64,000 nt of DNA from Azolla caroliniana (Eukaryota > Plantae > Polypodiophyta). Shown piece after piece: positions 48,279-60,700 of the stretch. The position numbers and the translations under genes were made by a program. How positions within the stretch are numbered: position 1 is the first letter of the stretch; each line of letters begins with the position of its first letter. The stretch lies in assembly GCA_043228905.1 (NCBI GenBank), contig JBHGNT010000013.1, positions 13,516,001 to 13,580,000 on the forward strand, given 5' to 3'. The notes beneath the pieces are model-generated. The model made no database searches. It was given only the letters and a program-made list of their open reading frames with translations, and was not told the DNA's origin.

Positions 48279-49307
48279 TCACCGGCTGCGTAGGATGAGA
48301 AGTATCTTCTTTCCGGGGTCAGGTGGAACGACGCTCGACGCTCCGGAATCGACCACCCAGGTAGTCTGATCGCCGGAAATGTTTAGTTCACCTTCTTCGG
48401 TGATGAGCATGATCTCCTCTTCACTTGCCGCGAGTGCCGTCATTCCTTTCCGGTCCTGCTCTCGCCGATCCGAACCATTCCGGTCCGTAGCTCCCCAGTA
48501 AGCACCGTTCCGTTCCGAAGACTTCTTCGAATCGGTGTCGTCGGCTCCGTTGTCTTTTTGGTAATGCCGACAATTCTTTCGGAAATGCCCCGGCTTCCCA
48601 CAGTGGAAGCATGTGGGCCTTCCTCTTGACTGCGACCGGGTCCCCGACTTCTCCCGTCTTTGCGGACTCCGGTTCCGTTGTCTTCCCCGATCCGATTCGG
48701 TAAGCAGCATCTTCGGATCGGAGGCCGGTTCTTTATCTCTCCGACGCGCTTCTTCGTTCAAAATGCTTGTCTTTACCGTTTGTAGGGACAAGTTATCTTC
48801 GGTGCAGGAGGTGCTGAGAGTCACCACCAAGTTCTCCCAGCTTGCCGGCAATGTACACATCAGGATGATGGCTTGCATTGCATCCTCCAACGGGAACTTG
48901 ATCGCCGCAAGCTGGTTCACGAATCCCATGAATGTGCTTACGTGTTCCACCATACTCTCGCCGTCCCGGTACTTGAGGTTCACTATCTTCCTCATCAGGG
49001 AGGTCCGGTTCAACGCATTCTTCCTCTCGTAGAGGCCCGACAGCTTCTGCCACATCTCATATGCGTTGGTGTCGTTCGCCACATGTTGTAGAACGCTCAC
49101 GTCGACGTATTGCCGAATGGTTGCAACGGCTTTCCGGTTCAGAAGCCTCCATTCCGTCTCAAGTACCCCCTTGGGTATTTCCGACCTGTCGATCGGTTCA
49201 TACAGGTCCCGAACAATGAGCAGATCCTCCATCTTTATCTTCCAGTCGGCGTAGTTATGCGCATTCAGCACCATCATCCCCGGCTGCCCGCTGCTGCCGC
49301 CTTCCAT
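48279..49307 (-). CDS. gag: Copia-4 gag and protease start, frameshifted at 48329-48342
   Basis: NYADWKIKM, LPASWENLV, CFHCGKPGHFRKNC, WVVDSGAS. Confidence 0.9.
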   Translation of the reverse strand: MEGGSSGQPGMMVLNAHNYADWKIKMEDLLIVRDLYEPIDRSEIPKGVLETEWRLLNRKAVATIRQYVDVSVLQHVANDTNAYEMWQKLSGLYERKNALNRTSLMRKIVNLKYRDGESMVEHVSTFMGFVNQLAAIKFPLEDAMQAIILMCTLPASWENLVVTLSTSCTEDNLSLQTVKTSILNEEARRRDKEPASDPKMLLTESDRGRQRNRSPQRREKSGTRSQSRGRPTCFHCGKPGHFRKNCRHYQKDNGADDTDSKKSSERNGAYWGATDRNGSDRREQDRKGMTALAASEEEIMLITEEGELNISGDQTTWVVDSGASSVVPPDPGKKILLILRSR

Positions 49308-52300
49308 TTTCTGCACTGCAGTCGCTCTGATACCAGATTGTTAGAAATTGACGCTTTCAAAACCTTCACCTCTCGGCCACAACCGAGGAAACACGAATCA
49401 ATGCAGCAGAAAACGAAAACACAGAGAGAGAGAGACTCGAATGCACAGGGTTTAGCGTGGAAAACCCTAGACGGGAAAAAACCACGGGAGTGCAAGACTC
49501 CAACTATCACTATACGCAGGGAATGTACAATGGCGAGCTGCAAGGCGACGACCTTGAGCTCGCTGTCCTCGCCACAGGCGGCGGTATTACACAGAGGCGT
49601 CGACCTCTTCCTCTCTCTCTCTCTGCTGCTCTCACTTCGCTCCCTCTCAGTGGAAAACAGAAAAATGAGTAACAGACACAAAACTGTTTGCCCTAAGTCA
49701 TATTTATACACATATGACTTTCGGGCTATTTACAAATATAGCCTCAAGGGCCCTTGGCAAACATATTCACAAATATGTCCCCGCATCCGGATCTCTCTCC
49801 GGGTACATTCGTCATCCGGCTCCGTAGCCGGGGTCTTCATCATCCGGATCCGGAACCGGGTCTTCATCATCCGGCTCCGATACCGGGTACTCCTCATTCG
49901 GGTCTTCATTCCCGATTCCCGGACATCCGACTATCCCATCCGGAGGGACCGTAATCCCAACACTATTGCTATGTCGGACGCGTCTACGAATACGTGGAAT
50001 TCCTTAGACCAATCCGGAGGTTGCACCACCGGTGCTTGTGATAGTAGTACTTTTAATGCCCGGTAAGCCTCCTCTTTTGTGTCCGTCCATTGAAACGGTG
50101 TCCGATGCACCGTGGCATGCAATGGTGTGGCCAGGTCTGCTAGATACCGGAGCATCCGGCTATGCCACCGGATTTGTCCTAGGAACCGACTCAATGCTTT
50201 CGCCGTGGTGGGTGCCGGTGCCTCCAAAATTGCTTTGACCTTGTCCAGGTCTACTACAATACCATCCTTGCTAACGATGTGGCCTAGGAGTGCACCGCTT
50301 GACACACCGAACACGCATTTTGCCGGGTTAAGGCTTAACCGGTAAACCCTACATTTCTCAAGACATAGTCGAAGGTATTGGAGGTCTTCCCCTTCATGGC
50401 TGTACACGGCGAAATCGTCTAAGAACACCTGCATGAATGCTGGAATAAACTCTCCGAAAATCTCCATGATTATTCGCTGAAAGATTGCCGACGCCGTTTT
50501 CAATCCGAACATCATAACTACGGCGACAAATACTCCCCATTTGGTAACAAAAGCGGTTTTCTCCTGGTCATCGGGGTGCATCCGGATCTGATTGTAGCCA
50601 TTTAACCCGTCCAGGAAACTATAAACTTCGTGACTGGCTACTGCATCCAGGACTCCATCCGTAAAAGGGAGTGGGAAGGCTTCGGTTACCATTGCCGCAT
50701 TCAATTTCCGGTAGTCGACACATACCCGGATTTTTCCGTTCTTTTTCGGTATGACGACTATCGGGCTCAACCATGTCGCCTTTTTGACCCGTCGGCTGAA
50801 CCCTACTCATAACAATTTGTCGATCTCGTCCTTTACTTTTGCTGCATAGTTAGGGTTCATCAGGTAGCGTTGTTGCGCCACCGGCTTGGCATCCTTACTC
50901 AGATGTATCTAGTGTTGATACAACTGAGGATCTAGCCCCCACATGTCCTCGTAAGACCACGCGAACACGTCCCGGAACTCTTTTAATAGGGTAATCGTTG
51001 CTGTCTTCCTTTCGGGAGTCATTTCTTTGGTGATGTGAACCGGTCTTGCATCTTCTGCGGTGCCTAGGTTTACCTCTTCCAGCTAAGAGGCTTTTACGTG
51101 TTGAGATACTGCCAATTCCTTCTCCAAAGCTTCCTGCAATTGCCGTAACTCTCCGATGGCTTCCTTATCCGGTTCTTCACCGGCCTCCTCCGGTATTATG
51201 TATGGTGCCACTATTTCGGCGACATCAACTTCAAATAAGGGTACAATTTTTGGATTATCCTGTAAGTACTGATCAATCTCTTCATCAGCCAATCCTTCCA
51301 GCATGTTGACACATTCCGCATACAACGGTGTCATCTCCTTGCCGGTACTCGAACGTGGTTGTGTAGGTACCCGTACTTTTGCTTTGCCGCGCCGGAAAGT
51401 GATTATGTTTTTCCGCCAGTTTTGCTTGATGTGCGTTGTTTTTAACCATGGCCGGCCCAACAACAGTGGGTATGCTCCTTGTGCATTGAGCTGGAGGACT
51501 ACTACTGAAATGCGGAATGTGTGACCTCCGATAGTCACTTCCAAGTTTCGTATCAATTCGATAGGTCTTATTGAACTTGTGTCCGCCATCTGGAGCCAAA
51601 ACGGGCACGGCTCCCAGTCCTGGATTCCCAGGGTATTACAAGTTCAGAGGCTAATCACATTCACACTGGATCCTCCGTCTATAATCGTTCCGGGTAGCTC
51701 TCATCCCTTTATGATGGTTGTGATAGCCGGACTGCTCGTGTCCACTACGTCGGTCCTTCCTCTGGATTAGAAAACAATGCCGGAGCCGGTGGTGTGCCGA
51801 CCGCAGTCATTCCCATCTTCAGTCCTTCCCTAAACTGAGGTACTAACTGCAATAGCCGACCTAATGGCAGCGTGATTTGGCATTCTTGCAATGCCTGTCA
51901 TGTTGGGTTTTCCGCTTGGCTATTGCCAGTTGGCTCCTCTAGGTTCTCCTTTTGTTGTTCTAGTTCTGCCACATTCTGCTCGTTTGCCTTCTTTACCCAT
52001 TCGGTGGCCTGCTTCCGGATGGCTTCTTTGGTTTCCCACTCCGTTGCTTTTCCTTTTGCCCTCGTGGTCACTTGTTGTATACCCGCGACGTCCACTACCA
52101 CCATGTTTACCGTTGGTCGCTTATCGTAGCTTTTCGCCGGACATTGGTTACTGTAGTGTCCCTCTTGTCGGCAATAGTAGCAGTATGCCTTCCGGGTGTT
52201 GCTGGATTCTGCTTTCGCCCCGGCACCTGATTGAGGTCCTGTGGTAAGTGCTTGGCCTTGGTCCGGTTGGTTGCTTGATGTACCCTGTTCCGGCTCCTGT

Positions 52301-53950
52301 TGGTGACCCCCTTTTTTATTGAAATGCAGTTTTTTGTTGAAATGCTTTTTGTTCCGGAAATCCTGTCGGAGCTGGTCGTCATACTTGCCATAGTCCTCCC
52401 TTTGGGGGTTGTACCTGGGGGAGTGATCCCGGTTGTAACGCTCATTCTGTTCCTCATTATAGTTCCGATATCTATCATATCTATCATATCGGTCGCGGTC
52501 ATAAGCATTTCTTCGATCACCGTATCAGACATCTTGTGTCAGCCGGTAACGCTCCTCTCGCTGCCATCGCTCTTCTTCGTCCTCCTGGTTGCTCCGTGGT
52601 TCGATTTGCCGGACTGGTGGTGCTTGCCGATTCAACAAGTTATACTCGCACCGATCCATTGTATGGTTTCTGGAATGGCAAAGCAGGCATTGAGAACGCA
52701 TGGTGCACTCCAGCGCCGAATGTCCGGCATTCAGGCAAGTCGTACATTGAACTGCTTGTCGAAAGCAGAGGTCTTCATCAGTCGATAACGTTCGTTGGAG
52801 TGCCCCCATCGTCAGCCACGAGCTGGAGTTTTCCATTTCCCTGACTCGGTCTATGACTTGGTCGACGGAACTCGTGCGGAAATCAATGACTGTGCACATC
52901 GTTCGTAGGGGTTCCCTGAGTGTTGATAGGAATATCGCCTTAGTCTCTTCCTCCAATGGTGCCCGATTGAGCTGGTTGTGCATTCTCTGGAATCGGATTA
53001 CAAATTGTTGAATGTTCTCCGTGGGCTCCTGCCTGATGGTATAGAATAGGTCGACCATTTCCCGCTGATCCACTTCTTTGTGAAAAAAATGTAAGAATTT
53101 AGTTTTCAAGGCCTCAAACGTCGTGATGGTACTGGGATCTTGCGTCAAGCGCCATCTAGTGACGGGCCCCTCCAGGGTCATGCTGAACTCCGCCATCTTT
53201 GAGCGTTTTGCTTCGGCTGCGATTAAGCGTTGTGACACATGATTCGCTTCCCAGGTTTGCTGAAATGCATAGATGTGGGCGTCTGCATCTGGATCATCCC
53301 GATACTTTGGATATTGAAACGACATGTCGTCGTCTGGTGTTGGAACACGGGCTGGTGGTGTCGGAGGTCTCTCTTCCTCCTCCGTCAGAGGTCTCTCCGC
53401 CTCCTGTGTCGGAGGTCTTTCTTCCTCTGTGTGGGGTCTTTCCTCCTCTGCTTCGGGTGTTGGGGTTTGCTCAGTCCTTGGCCGATCTGTGGCTTCCAAT
53501 TCTGTCAATTCAGGTTCCGGTGTCAGTGAGGTATCCGATTCTTCGTCCATTGGTCCGTCTGGGGTATCGTGACTACTATGGTAATTAGAATGAGCACTAT
53601 ATTCGCCGTCCGAGTCCGATTCAAAGGCCGAAAATGGTTCTGAATCGCCGTCTCCTGCAGCTAATGCATGTAGCAGGGATTCCGTTTCTCGAAGACTACT
53701 CAAGCTACTTCTTTCGTTGGGGTGGAAATATTGTTGCAAATGGAGTGACTCCTCAGCCACTCACCGAATCACTTTGGAAAATGATTGATCCGAAGGAATT
53801 TCTTCCGCCGCTTGCTGGAAGGCCTCTCGCTTCCACAACCGCTCAACGAGTCTCCTTGCTCGATCCGTAACCGGTCCACTCGCTGGTCTAGTCATCCATT
53901 CCCGTCGTTGTTCGCTGCGCTTATGCAGGAATCGTGGTCGCCAAAAATTG

Positions 53951-54412
53951 TGTTACTCCTTAGGGCCCGACAATAGCCTAACACAAGGTTTCTACATAAG
54001 ACACTTCACCAAAGGGTGTTACGGTGAAACAAAGTTAGACCGACGATTAATTAGACCTTAATCGGTTACTTAAGCAACATATCCTTAATCTTAATACACG
54101 CGTAAGATAGAAAGTAATTAGCACAGAACGGTAATCAATACATGGAGATAAGACACTAGAGTTTTATTAATTATCCATCATCATTTACAATGTAACCGAA
54201 CCTTTTTATAGATCACTGGCTCTGCCTACAAAACGGTGCCAACCGGTGCACTAATATGAACCGGTCCGGATCCAGATCGGCATACTGATTTCGGTCCGTC
54301 CGTTCACTTCTCTAAAATCTACTTAATTACTTAATATCCTAATAACAGCCTCCGATTATTTCTGCCCTTTCATATTCTGGACTGTCCTCCATTCCTTGCC
54401 GGTTGGCTAACA
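53951..54412 (-). repeat. 5' LTR of the large Gypsy
   Basis: TGTTAGCC...GAGTAACA on the minus strand; TATA-like CTATAAAAAGG oriented with gag-pol. Confidence 0.93.
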
Positions 54413-54932
54413 CCAAGTACACAATAAAATAGAGCAGAACAAGACAACTCGGATATTGATGGAGAGGAAACAATCGAGAGGGATTTTTTTTTTACACATT
54501 GAATAAAATGAGTACAATCGTTCAGTACAAAGGAAATGGAATGATGAACCCAATCGATAGATAAAGAAGAGTTTTTATTATAGAACTAGGGATAACCCAG
54601 TATTACATCAGTGGTACAAAGATTCATTACATGGAAGTCTACTTCCTCTATGTAAGTATCAATAGAAATTCCTAATGAATGAATCGCCCCGTTGATGTAT
54701 TGTACTCTTCCATCAGCCAAGTGCACCGTGTAGGTGTGATCACTTACGGTGGGTTGGATTCCCCATATCTGAACCAAACGATCATTCACAAAGTTGTGTG
54801 AGCTTCCCGAATCAAACAAAAATTGTATGGTGTCGAGGATGTTCTCGCGGATGCGTAGAAGTCGGGCAGAACCACGGGGGTCTCGAACCAAGGAATCAGG
54901 AAAGCGAGGAGGGAGGAGTTTGGGGAACACGT

Positions 54933-55612
54933 TGTCGTGAAGAAAACCGCCCACAAGAGGAATCGGAGGAGCAAGGCGTGGGAAACGGCTCTACACACAC
55001 ACGCGCGCCAAGAAGTACCTAAGGACGAAGTAGGTACATACGAGGATCCGAGGTGGGAGATTCGGTTGGTATGCAGTTAATGCCAAACGGCCTCCTGACG
55101 GGCTATAAAAAGGAGGAGGAAGAATAGAAAAAGGTATCTCGCGCGGAGAGGACGAAGTGCTGCCGGACCGTTTCTGGGCGTTTCTCTCTCTCTCTCTCTG
55201 TGTTTCCTTCCTTCTCGAGCTCCATAGCTTCTGTACAGGGTTCTGAGGAGGCTCGCGCTGTTTCGAGGAACGCCCGAGTGCTTCCGGCAGCACCTCCGAC
55301 CTGCTACCCCGTTTGTGTTTCGAAGCGAACAGGCATCGGCATCTGTTCGCCGGCCTGTTCGGTTGTAAACAACCTGTGCCCCATCGAGGGTTGTAGTCGT
55401 GTTAGCCATTTTTGTTAATACACTTATTTAGTCATTCGCATCTGTCTGTGTCGGTGTCTGTTCGCGTTCTCCGTGCTGAAGGGCCGTGTCCCTGCGTATC
55501 CCCGGTCCTGCGTAGCCGGTTCTCTCTCTTTCTCCTCCCTTGCTTGCTCTTTGGTTCGAGACCCCCGCGGTCCCGCCTCATTTTCACACGCACTTGCGTA
55601 ATTATCTCGACA
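54933..55612 (+). repeat. 5' LTR of the young Gypsy
   Basis: ORF translations are identical at an offset of 6402. Confidence 0.97.
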
Positions 55613-55656
55613 TCTTTGGTGAACCCGACGTGAAAGAGGCGGCAGAAGAGCAGGAA

Positions 55657-57783
55657 ATGAGAGGGTCGGATCTCGCAGAGGCCATGGCTTCGGCCGTGGA
55701 TCGGATTGTAAACGCGCGCGAGAGCACCGGTGCCCTCGACAGAGCTATTGAGGCGGTCGTCGGCACGATCGGCCGGTTCGATGGGAAGGATGCCACGAAG
55801 TATTTGGCGTCCTACGGTGCAGAGATGCTGATGCGGGACATTCCGGAAGAAAGGCGTCTGGCCGGATTTCCCCGAGTAGCGATGCCGAGCATCCATGCGG
55901 AGGTGCTCGAGGTACGGACGGAGAGCCGTACCTGGGAGGAGTTCGAAGGTCGGCTCCTAGAGAAATACGGGCTGGACGACGCGCTCCGGCTTTCGAAGCG
56001 AAGGTTCATGGAATGGGTGGAGTCCCCGGGAAAGGGAAGAAACGCGTCGGCGCTCCTCCGGGAGTTCGAGGAGAACTTCGCACGCCTTTCGGCGCTTGAC
56101 AGGATGGTCCTGGATACAAGCCGGGTCCTGCTGTTCGTCAAATCGGTTGACGAGAGGGATCGGAGTCACGTGGGCGCCCTGCTAGAAACCGAAGACGGGC
56201 TCACTACCGACTGGGCGGCTGTCAGGAAGGTCTGTGGCCGTTTCGACAAACGGCGAGAATGGGCGGATGACGGTGCGACCGGGTCGGGCTCGGTCGCAGC
56301 AAGGAAGTTCGAACCAGCGCCACGGGTGCGAAAGGAAGGGACCGGAGAGTGGTTGGACACCGGTTCGGCTTCGACCGGCGTAGTCACAGGCTCAACCGGA
56401 GGAGCGGCGCTGGAGGAATTGACGAAGGCGATAAAGGACCTCCAAATCGCGCAGGCCCGAAGGGAAGGAGGCGAACCGGCTCGTGACCGACGGCCGGCGG
56501 CAGGAAACAGGTGCATGTGGTGCGATGAAGTCGGCCACATTCGGAAGGACTGCGGCGACTTCGCGGAGGCGCTGAGGAACAGGGTGGTGTACCTGTGGGA
56601 AGGACGGGTGCATGCCAGCGACACCCGAAGGGCCCTGAGCCGAAACGACGGAAAGGGTGGTATGAAAAGGTTGATGGAAGAGGCGGCGGCCCGACACGCG
56701 GAAACCGTCCACTACTCGGCGTCAGCCGGCATTCGAGTCGGGGGCGGCGAGGCCCGGGGGGAAAGCAAAGCCGGATTCTGGCCGACGATGCTGGAAGGCC
56801 TTGCCGGTGCAGGGCTTAAAAGGGAGGAATCGGACCGTGCGGAGAAACGGGTACGGGAGATGACCGGGTGGAGCGACCCGGTCGAGGAAAAGACGGGCTT
56901 CGTGGAAGCCGCTTGCAGGAACTACGAGGCTCTGGTAGAAGAGAAGCGGGTGGGGAAACCCGGGACGACCGGGCCCTCACAACGATACGAGACCCGGTCC
57001 GGGCCACGACGGGACGAAGCCGGCGGGGCCGGTACGCGAGATAAACCCCAGAAGGGCGGGTACCGTCTGGGGACGGAGATAGAAAGAACCACGGACTTAC
57101 GAAAGGTCCTGGAGGAACGGATCCTCGACAGCAAGGTGGAGCTGTCGTTACGAGAGGTGCTGGGAATCGCCAAGAAGGAGTTCCACGACTCCATCGTGGA
57201 CTTGGTGAAACGGAAGAGGCTGTCGGCGGAGACAGAACCGGAAAGACCGGTGGAAGTGCGGACGACGCACCTAGACGACATGGCGCTGGGAGACGAGTGG
57301 GCGGAAAGCCACTATTCGAGACCACATTGGGCCCGAGCGACCACGGAAACCCCGGTGAAGATCGGCGATGTCCAGGAACCGGTGGTAGCTTTAGTAGACC
57401 ACGGATCGGAGATCAATTTGATGTCCATGGACTTCTATAAGAAGGGCAAATGGCCGATCAACACCAAGCACGGGTGGAAAATAAGGGCAGCAACGCGCGC
57501 CACCGAGGAACTGCACGGGGCCTGTCCGAATGTGCGAGTCAAGATCGGCGACGTCGAGATTGACCAGCACTTCTTCGTGCAGGAGACATCTTCGCATCCG
57601 GTCATTCTGGGAGAGCCGTACATCACGGCGGCGCGAATGGAGACCAAGGTGCTGGACAATGGTTCAGCCTATGCGCGGGTCAAGAGCCAGGACGGGCGCC
57701 ATTCGGTCCAGTTTTTGACGGTTAGGCCGAACCACGAGCGTAACCGCGACTCCCTCGGTTCCGATAACCGAGAGGATTTTTAG
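55657..57783 (+). CDS. gag: Gag-protease polyprotein (708 aa from the first ATG after the PBS)
   Basis: GRFDGKDAT, CMWCDEVGHIRKDC knuckle, LVDHGSEINLM protease motif, VILGEPY. Confidence 0.92.
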   Translation: MRGSDLAEAMASAVDRIVNARESTGALDRAIEAVVGTIGRFDGKDATKYLASYGAEMLMRDIPEERRLAGFPRVAMPSIHAEVLEVRTESRTWEEFEGRLLEKYGLDDALRLSKRRFMEWVESPGKGRNASALLREFEENFARLSALDRMVLDTSRVLLFVKSVDERDRSHVGALLETEDGLTTDWAAVRKVCGRFDKRREWADDGATGSGSVAARKFEPAPRVRKEGTGEWLDTGSASTGVVTGSTGGAALEELTKAIKDLQIAQARREGGEPARDRRPAAGNRCMWCDEVGHIRKDCGDFAEALRNRVVYLWEGRVHASDTRRALSRNDGKGGMKRLMEEAAARHAETVHYSASAGIRVGGGEARGESKAGFWPTMLEGLAGAGLKREESDRAEKRVREMTGWSDPVEEKTGFVEAACRNYEALVEEKRVGKPGTTGPSQRYETRSGPRRDEAGGAGTRDKPQKGGYRLGTEIERTTDLRKVLEERILDSKVELSLREVLGIAKKEFHDSIVDLVKRKRLSAETEPERPVEVRTTHLDDMALGDEWAESHYSRPHWARATTETPVKIGDVQEPVVALVDHGSEINLMSMDFYKKGKWPINTKHGWKIRAATRATEELHGACPNVRVKIGDVEIDQHFFVQETSSHPVILGEPYITAARMETKVLDNGSAYARVKSQDGRHSVQFLTVRPNHERNRDSLGSDNREDF

Positions 57784-60700
57784 AGAGGACTGCCAAGGCG
57801 TGGGGCCGCGACAGTCCGGATGCTCCGGGAAAACCCCACATTTGTACGATAAAACCGTGTACGACAGGTAGGGTATTTTGCTTCTCCGACAGCGGAGCGT
57901 GTACGATAGTCGGCATCGGCGGCCGAGAGAAGACAAAGGCGGAGGGGAGACTTCGAGCGTGCGGAGTTCTCGGCCCTGGCGAGGAAATCAGCGGGGCCGT
58001 GGAGGCGGTCTCATTCGACGACACCTTGGGGACGCTGGGAAAGGTGGTCGAAGAAGGCCTTAACGAAGACCGGACGATACGGGTGTGTTCCGAGGAGATG
58101 TACGGAGTCATCGCGGACTTCGGTCGAGGGCTCGAGTCAGTTCGGACGGCCCACGTAGGCACCAAGTACAAGACTGTGGACCGGAAGGTAAGGCCAGTCG
58201 CGGCACCCCTACCGGAGGACAGCGCGTCAAGAATCAAAGGGGTTGCGTCGGACCCTAGTCTACGAGATCCGGCCTGCATAGGACACACCTTCACCGACGA
58301 GACGCTCCGAGAGCTCAAAATCGGTGGGGGCGGGTTCCTACTGCCGGCGGAGGAAGACCAGTTTCGGGGAATGCTCGGAAGGCACGGGAAAGCCTTCGCA
58401 TTCTCGCCGGAGGAAATCGGGTGCGTAGACTCGACGATCGTGGAGCCGATGGTGATATTCACGGTACCGCATGTACCATGGAATCTCAAGCCAATCCCGG
58501 TTCCGAGAGCTCACATCCCGAAGTTGATGGAGCTGCTGAGGCAGAAAGTTGATATGGGAATTCTCGAGCCGTCGAGCGCCCCATATTCGAATCGATGGTT
58601 TACCGTACCGAAGAAAAACGGTTCGTTGCGCTTCATCCAGGACCTGCAGCCGGTCAATCGAGTGACCATTCGGAACGCAGGGATCGGACCGACCATAGAC
58701 GAGTTCGCGGAGGCCTTCGCCGGAAGGTCAATTTACTCGGTCGGGGATCTATACTCAGGGTACGACCAGTTCCAGCTAGCCGTGGAGAGCAGAGACATTA
58801 CGACGATGCGAACTCCCCTCGGCCTAGTTCGGATGTGTACACTGCCGCAAGGAGGGACCAACTCGGTGGCCCACATGGTGAATGCGATGAACAAGGTTCT
58901 GAGGGACTGTATCCCGGACATCACCATGCCGTTTCTGGATGACATCCCGATCAAGGGATGCCCGGTGGAAGAAAAGGACGAGACGATCGGGCCGGACGGA
59001 TGCCGGCGATTCGTGGCGACGCACATCGACGACTGCGAGAAGGTGCTGCAAAGGCTAGAGGATGCGAGACTCACCTTCTCCGGGGAGAAGTCGGCCTTCG
59101 GGCAGTCAGAAATCATGGTGGTCGGACACCTGTGCGGACCATATGGCCGGAAACCGTCTCCGGCAAAGGTAGAAGCCATCTCAGCGATGAAGCCCGACTG
59201 CAGCTCGGTCACGGAAGTACGGAGATTCCTGGGGGCATGCGCGTTCTACCACATATGGATCCCGCATTACGCACACGTCGCGGAGCCACTGTACGGGTTG
59301 CTGAGAAGGGGGCGAAGGTTCGAATGGCTGGACGAGCACGCGGAATCGGTGCGGAAGCTGAAAGAGGCCCTTGCAGCGGCACCGGCACTCCGGAAGGCGG
59401 TATACGGGAAGGGTACCCCGGTATTCATAACGGTGGATACCGGTCCGACCGGGATCGGATGGGTCGTGAACCAGGAAGACGAGGACGGCAATCGGTTTCC
59501 GATCCGATTCGGCGCGAAAGTCCTCAGTGAACGGCAGCGAGGATACGCCCAGGTTAAACGCGAACTCTGGGGTATTGTTTCGGCGGTTAAAGCCGACAAA
59601 GACTACCTGATAGGGGCAGAAGTGATCATCGAGACGGATTGCCTGCCGATTCTCGGTATGGTTTCCGGATGCGCGACTCCGGACCTGGCTATGCTCAGGT
59701 GGATAGCGTACATCAAGTCCCTGGACCCGGAAATACGACACATTTCCGGGAAAGACAACGCCATGGCCGACATGCTTTCGAGGGCGAGGTTCGACGACGA
59801 AGGCGGCATGGTTTCGGAAGACGAAGAAGTCGGCGTGGATTTCTTCGAGGCAGCATACGTAACGACCGACGGGATGAGCACTCCGGCGCTTAACGAGTTC
59901 GACGCGAGCAAGTACGACGGGGAGTGGCTGCAGATCGGTGGGTTTTTGAAGACAATGACGCCCGATGCGTCATGGACGAAGGACGAGGCCAACCGGATCC
60001 GGAAGAAAGCGTACCGGTTCTTTCTCCGGGACGGATACCTGTGGAAGCACCCGAAGAAGAGGAACGGCGTCCCGCTCCGGGTGGTGGCGAGAAAGGAAGA
60101 ACAGGAGGAGCTACTGGCGGCCCACCACGACAGCCCTTGGGCTGGACACCGTGGAACGTGGGCGACATTTGAGAAGCTGAAGGGGAAGTACTGGTGGCCG
60201 GGATTGTACCGGGACGTGCATCGGTTCGTGTCAACTTGCGAGAGTTGTCAGATGCACTCGATAGTCCGACACCGGGACGGGCTTCGCCCTACGTACCCTC
60301 CGGCTATCCACTTCAAATGGATGGTAGATCTGGTGACGATGCCGATGGGGGTAGGACAGATGCGGTATCTGGTCCTAGCCCGGGAAGACCTGACGAACCA
60401 GGTGGAAGGCCGAGCCCTTCAGAACAAGACGACCGCGGCCGTGTGTCGGTTCCTGATCGAGGACGTGATATGCCGGTACGGGTGCGTCGGGAAGATCGTG
60501 GCTGACCGAGGGGAGTTGGACGCCGAAGAAGCCGCGGAGCTGTTCGACCGGCTGGGGGTCAAGCTCTCGCTCACCACTGCGTACAATCCGGAGGCGAATG
60601 GAAAGGTGGAGCGCGGACACGGACCGATCGTCAAGGCGTTGGTTCGGGCATGCGGAGGCCGAATCGGTGACTGGCCGCGGCTCCTACCTTATGCCTTGTG

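Larger units (their letters stand above)
44593..49962 (-). mobile_element. Ty1/Copia element 4 (Tnt1/Tork-like), young and nearly intact
   Basis: 624-bp LTRs at 49339-49962 and 44593-45216 with about five substitutions, TSD CTATT, iMet PBS at 49335-49324, PPT GAAGGGGGAG. Confidence 0.97.
42761..53760 (-). pseudogene. gag-pol of the large Gypsy, split by Copia-4 at the RT/RNase H region
   Basis: Gag 53760-52100 with three knuckles, PR IIDGGSSVN near 51680, RT FLDD (50770-49968), RH YYASRKLS..ERNYSTTERE, IN YYPQANGLAE. Confidence 0.9.
38946..54412 (-). mobile_element. Large non-chromoviral Gypsy (Athila/OTA-like) with an extra 3' ORF, degenerate; contains Copia-4
   Basis: LTRs 53951-54412 (5') and 38946-39410 (3'), TSD TCAAG/CCAAG, PBS TGGCGACCACGA at 53943-53932, gag-PR-RT-RH-IN order. 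Confidence 0.93.

Noticed and set aside
49110-50066. 318-aa and 264-aa (44592-45386) plus-strand ORFs
   Set aside because: Antisense reads through the Copia-4 LTRs across element junctions, with low-complexity products.
55540-55656. ORF-track start of the 747-aa Gag
   Set aside because: The TTG lies in the LTR upstream of the PBS; the first ATG after the PBS is at 55657.
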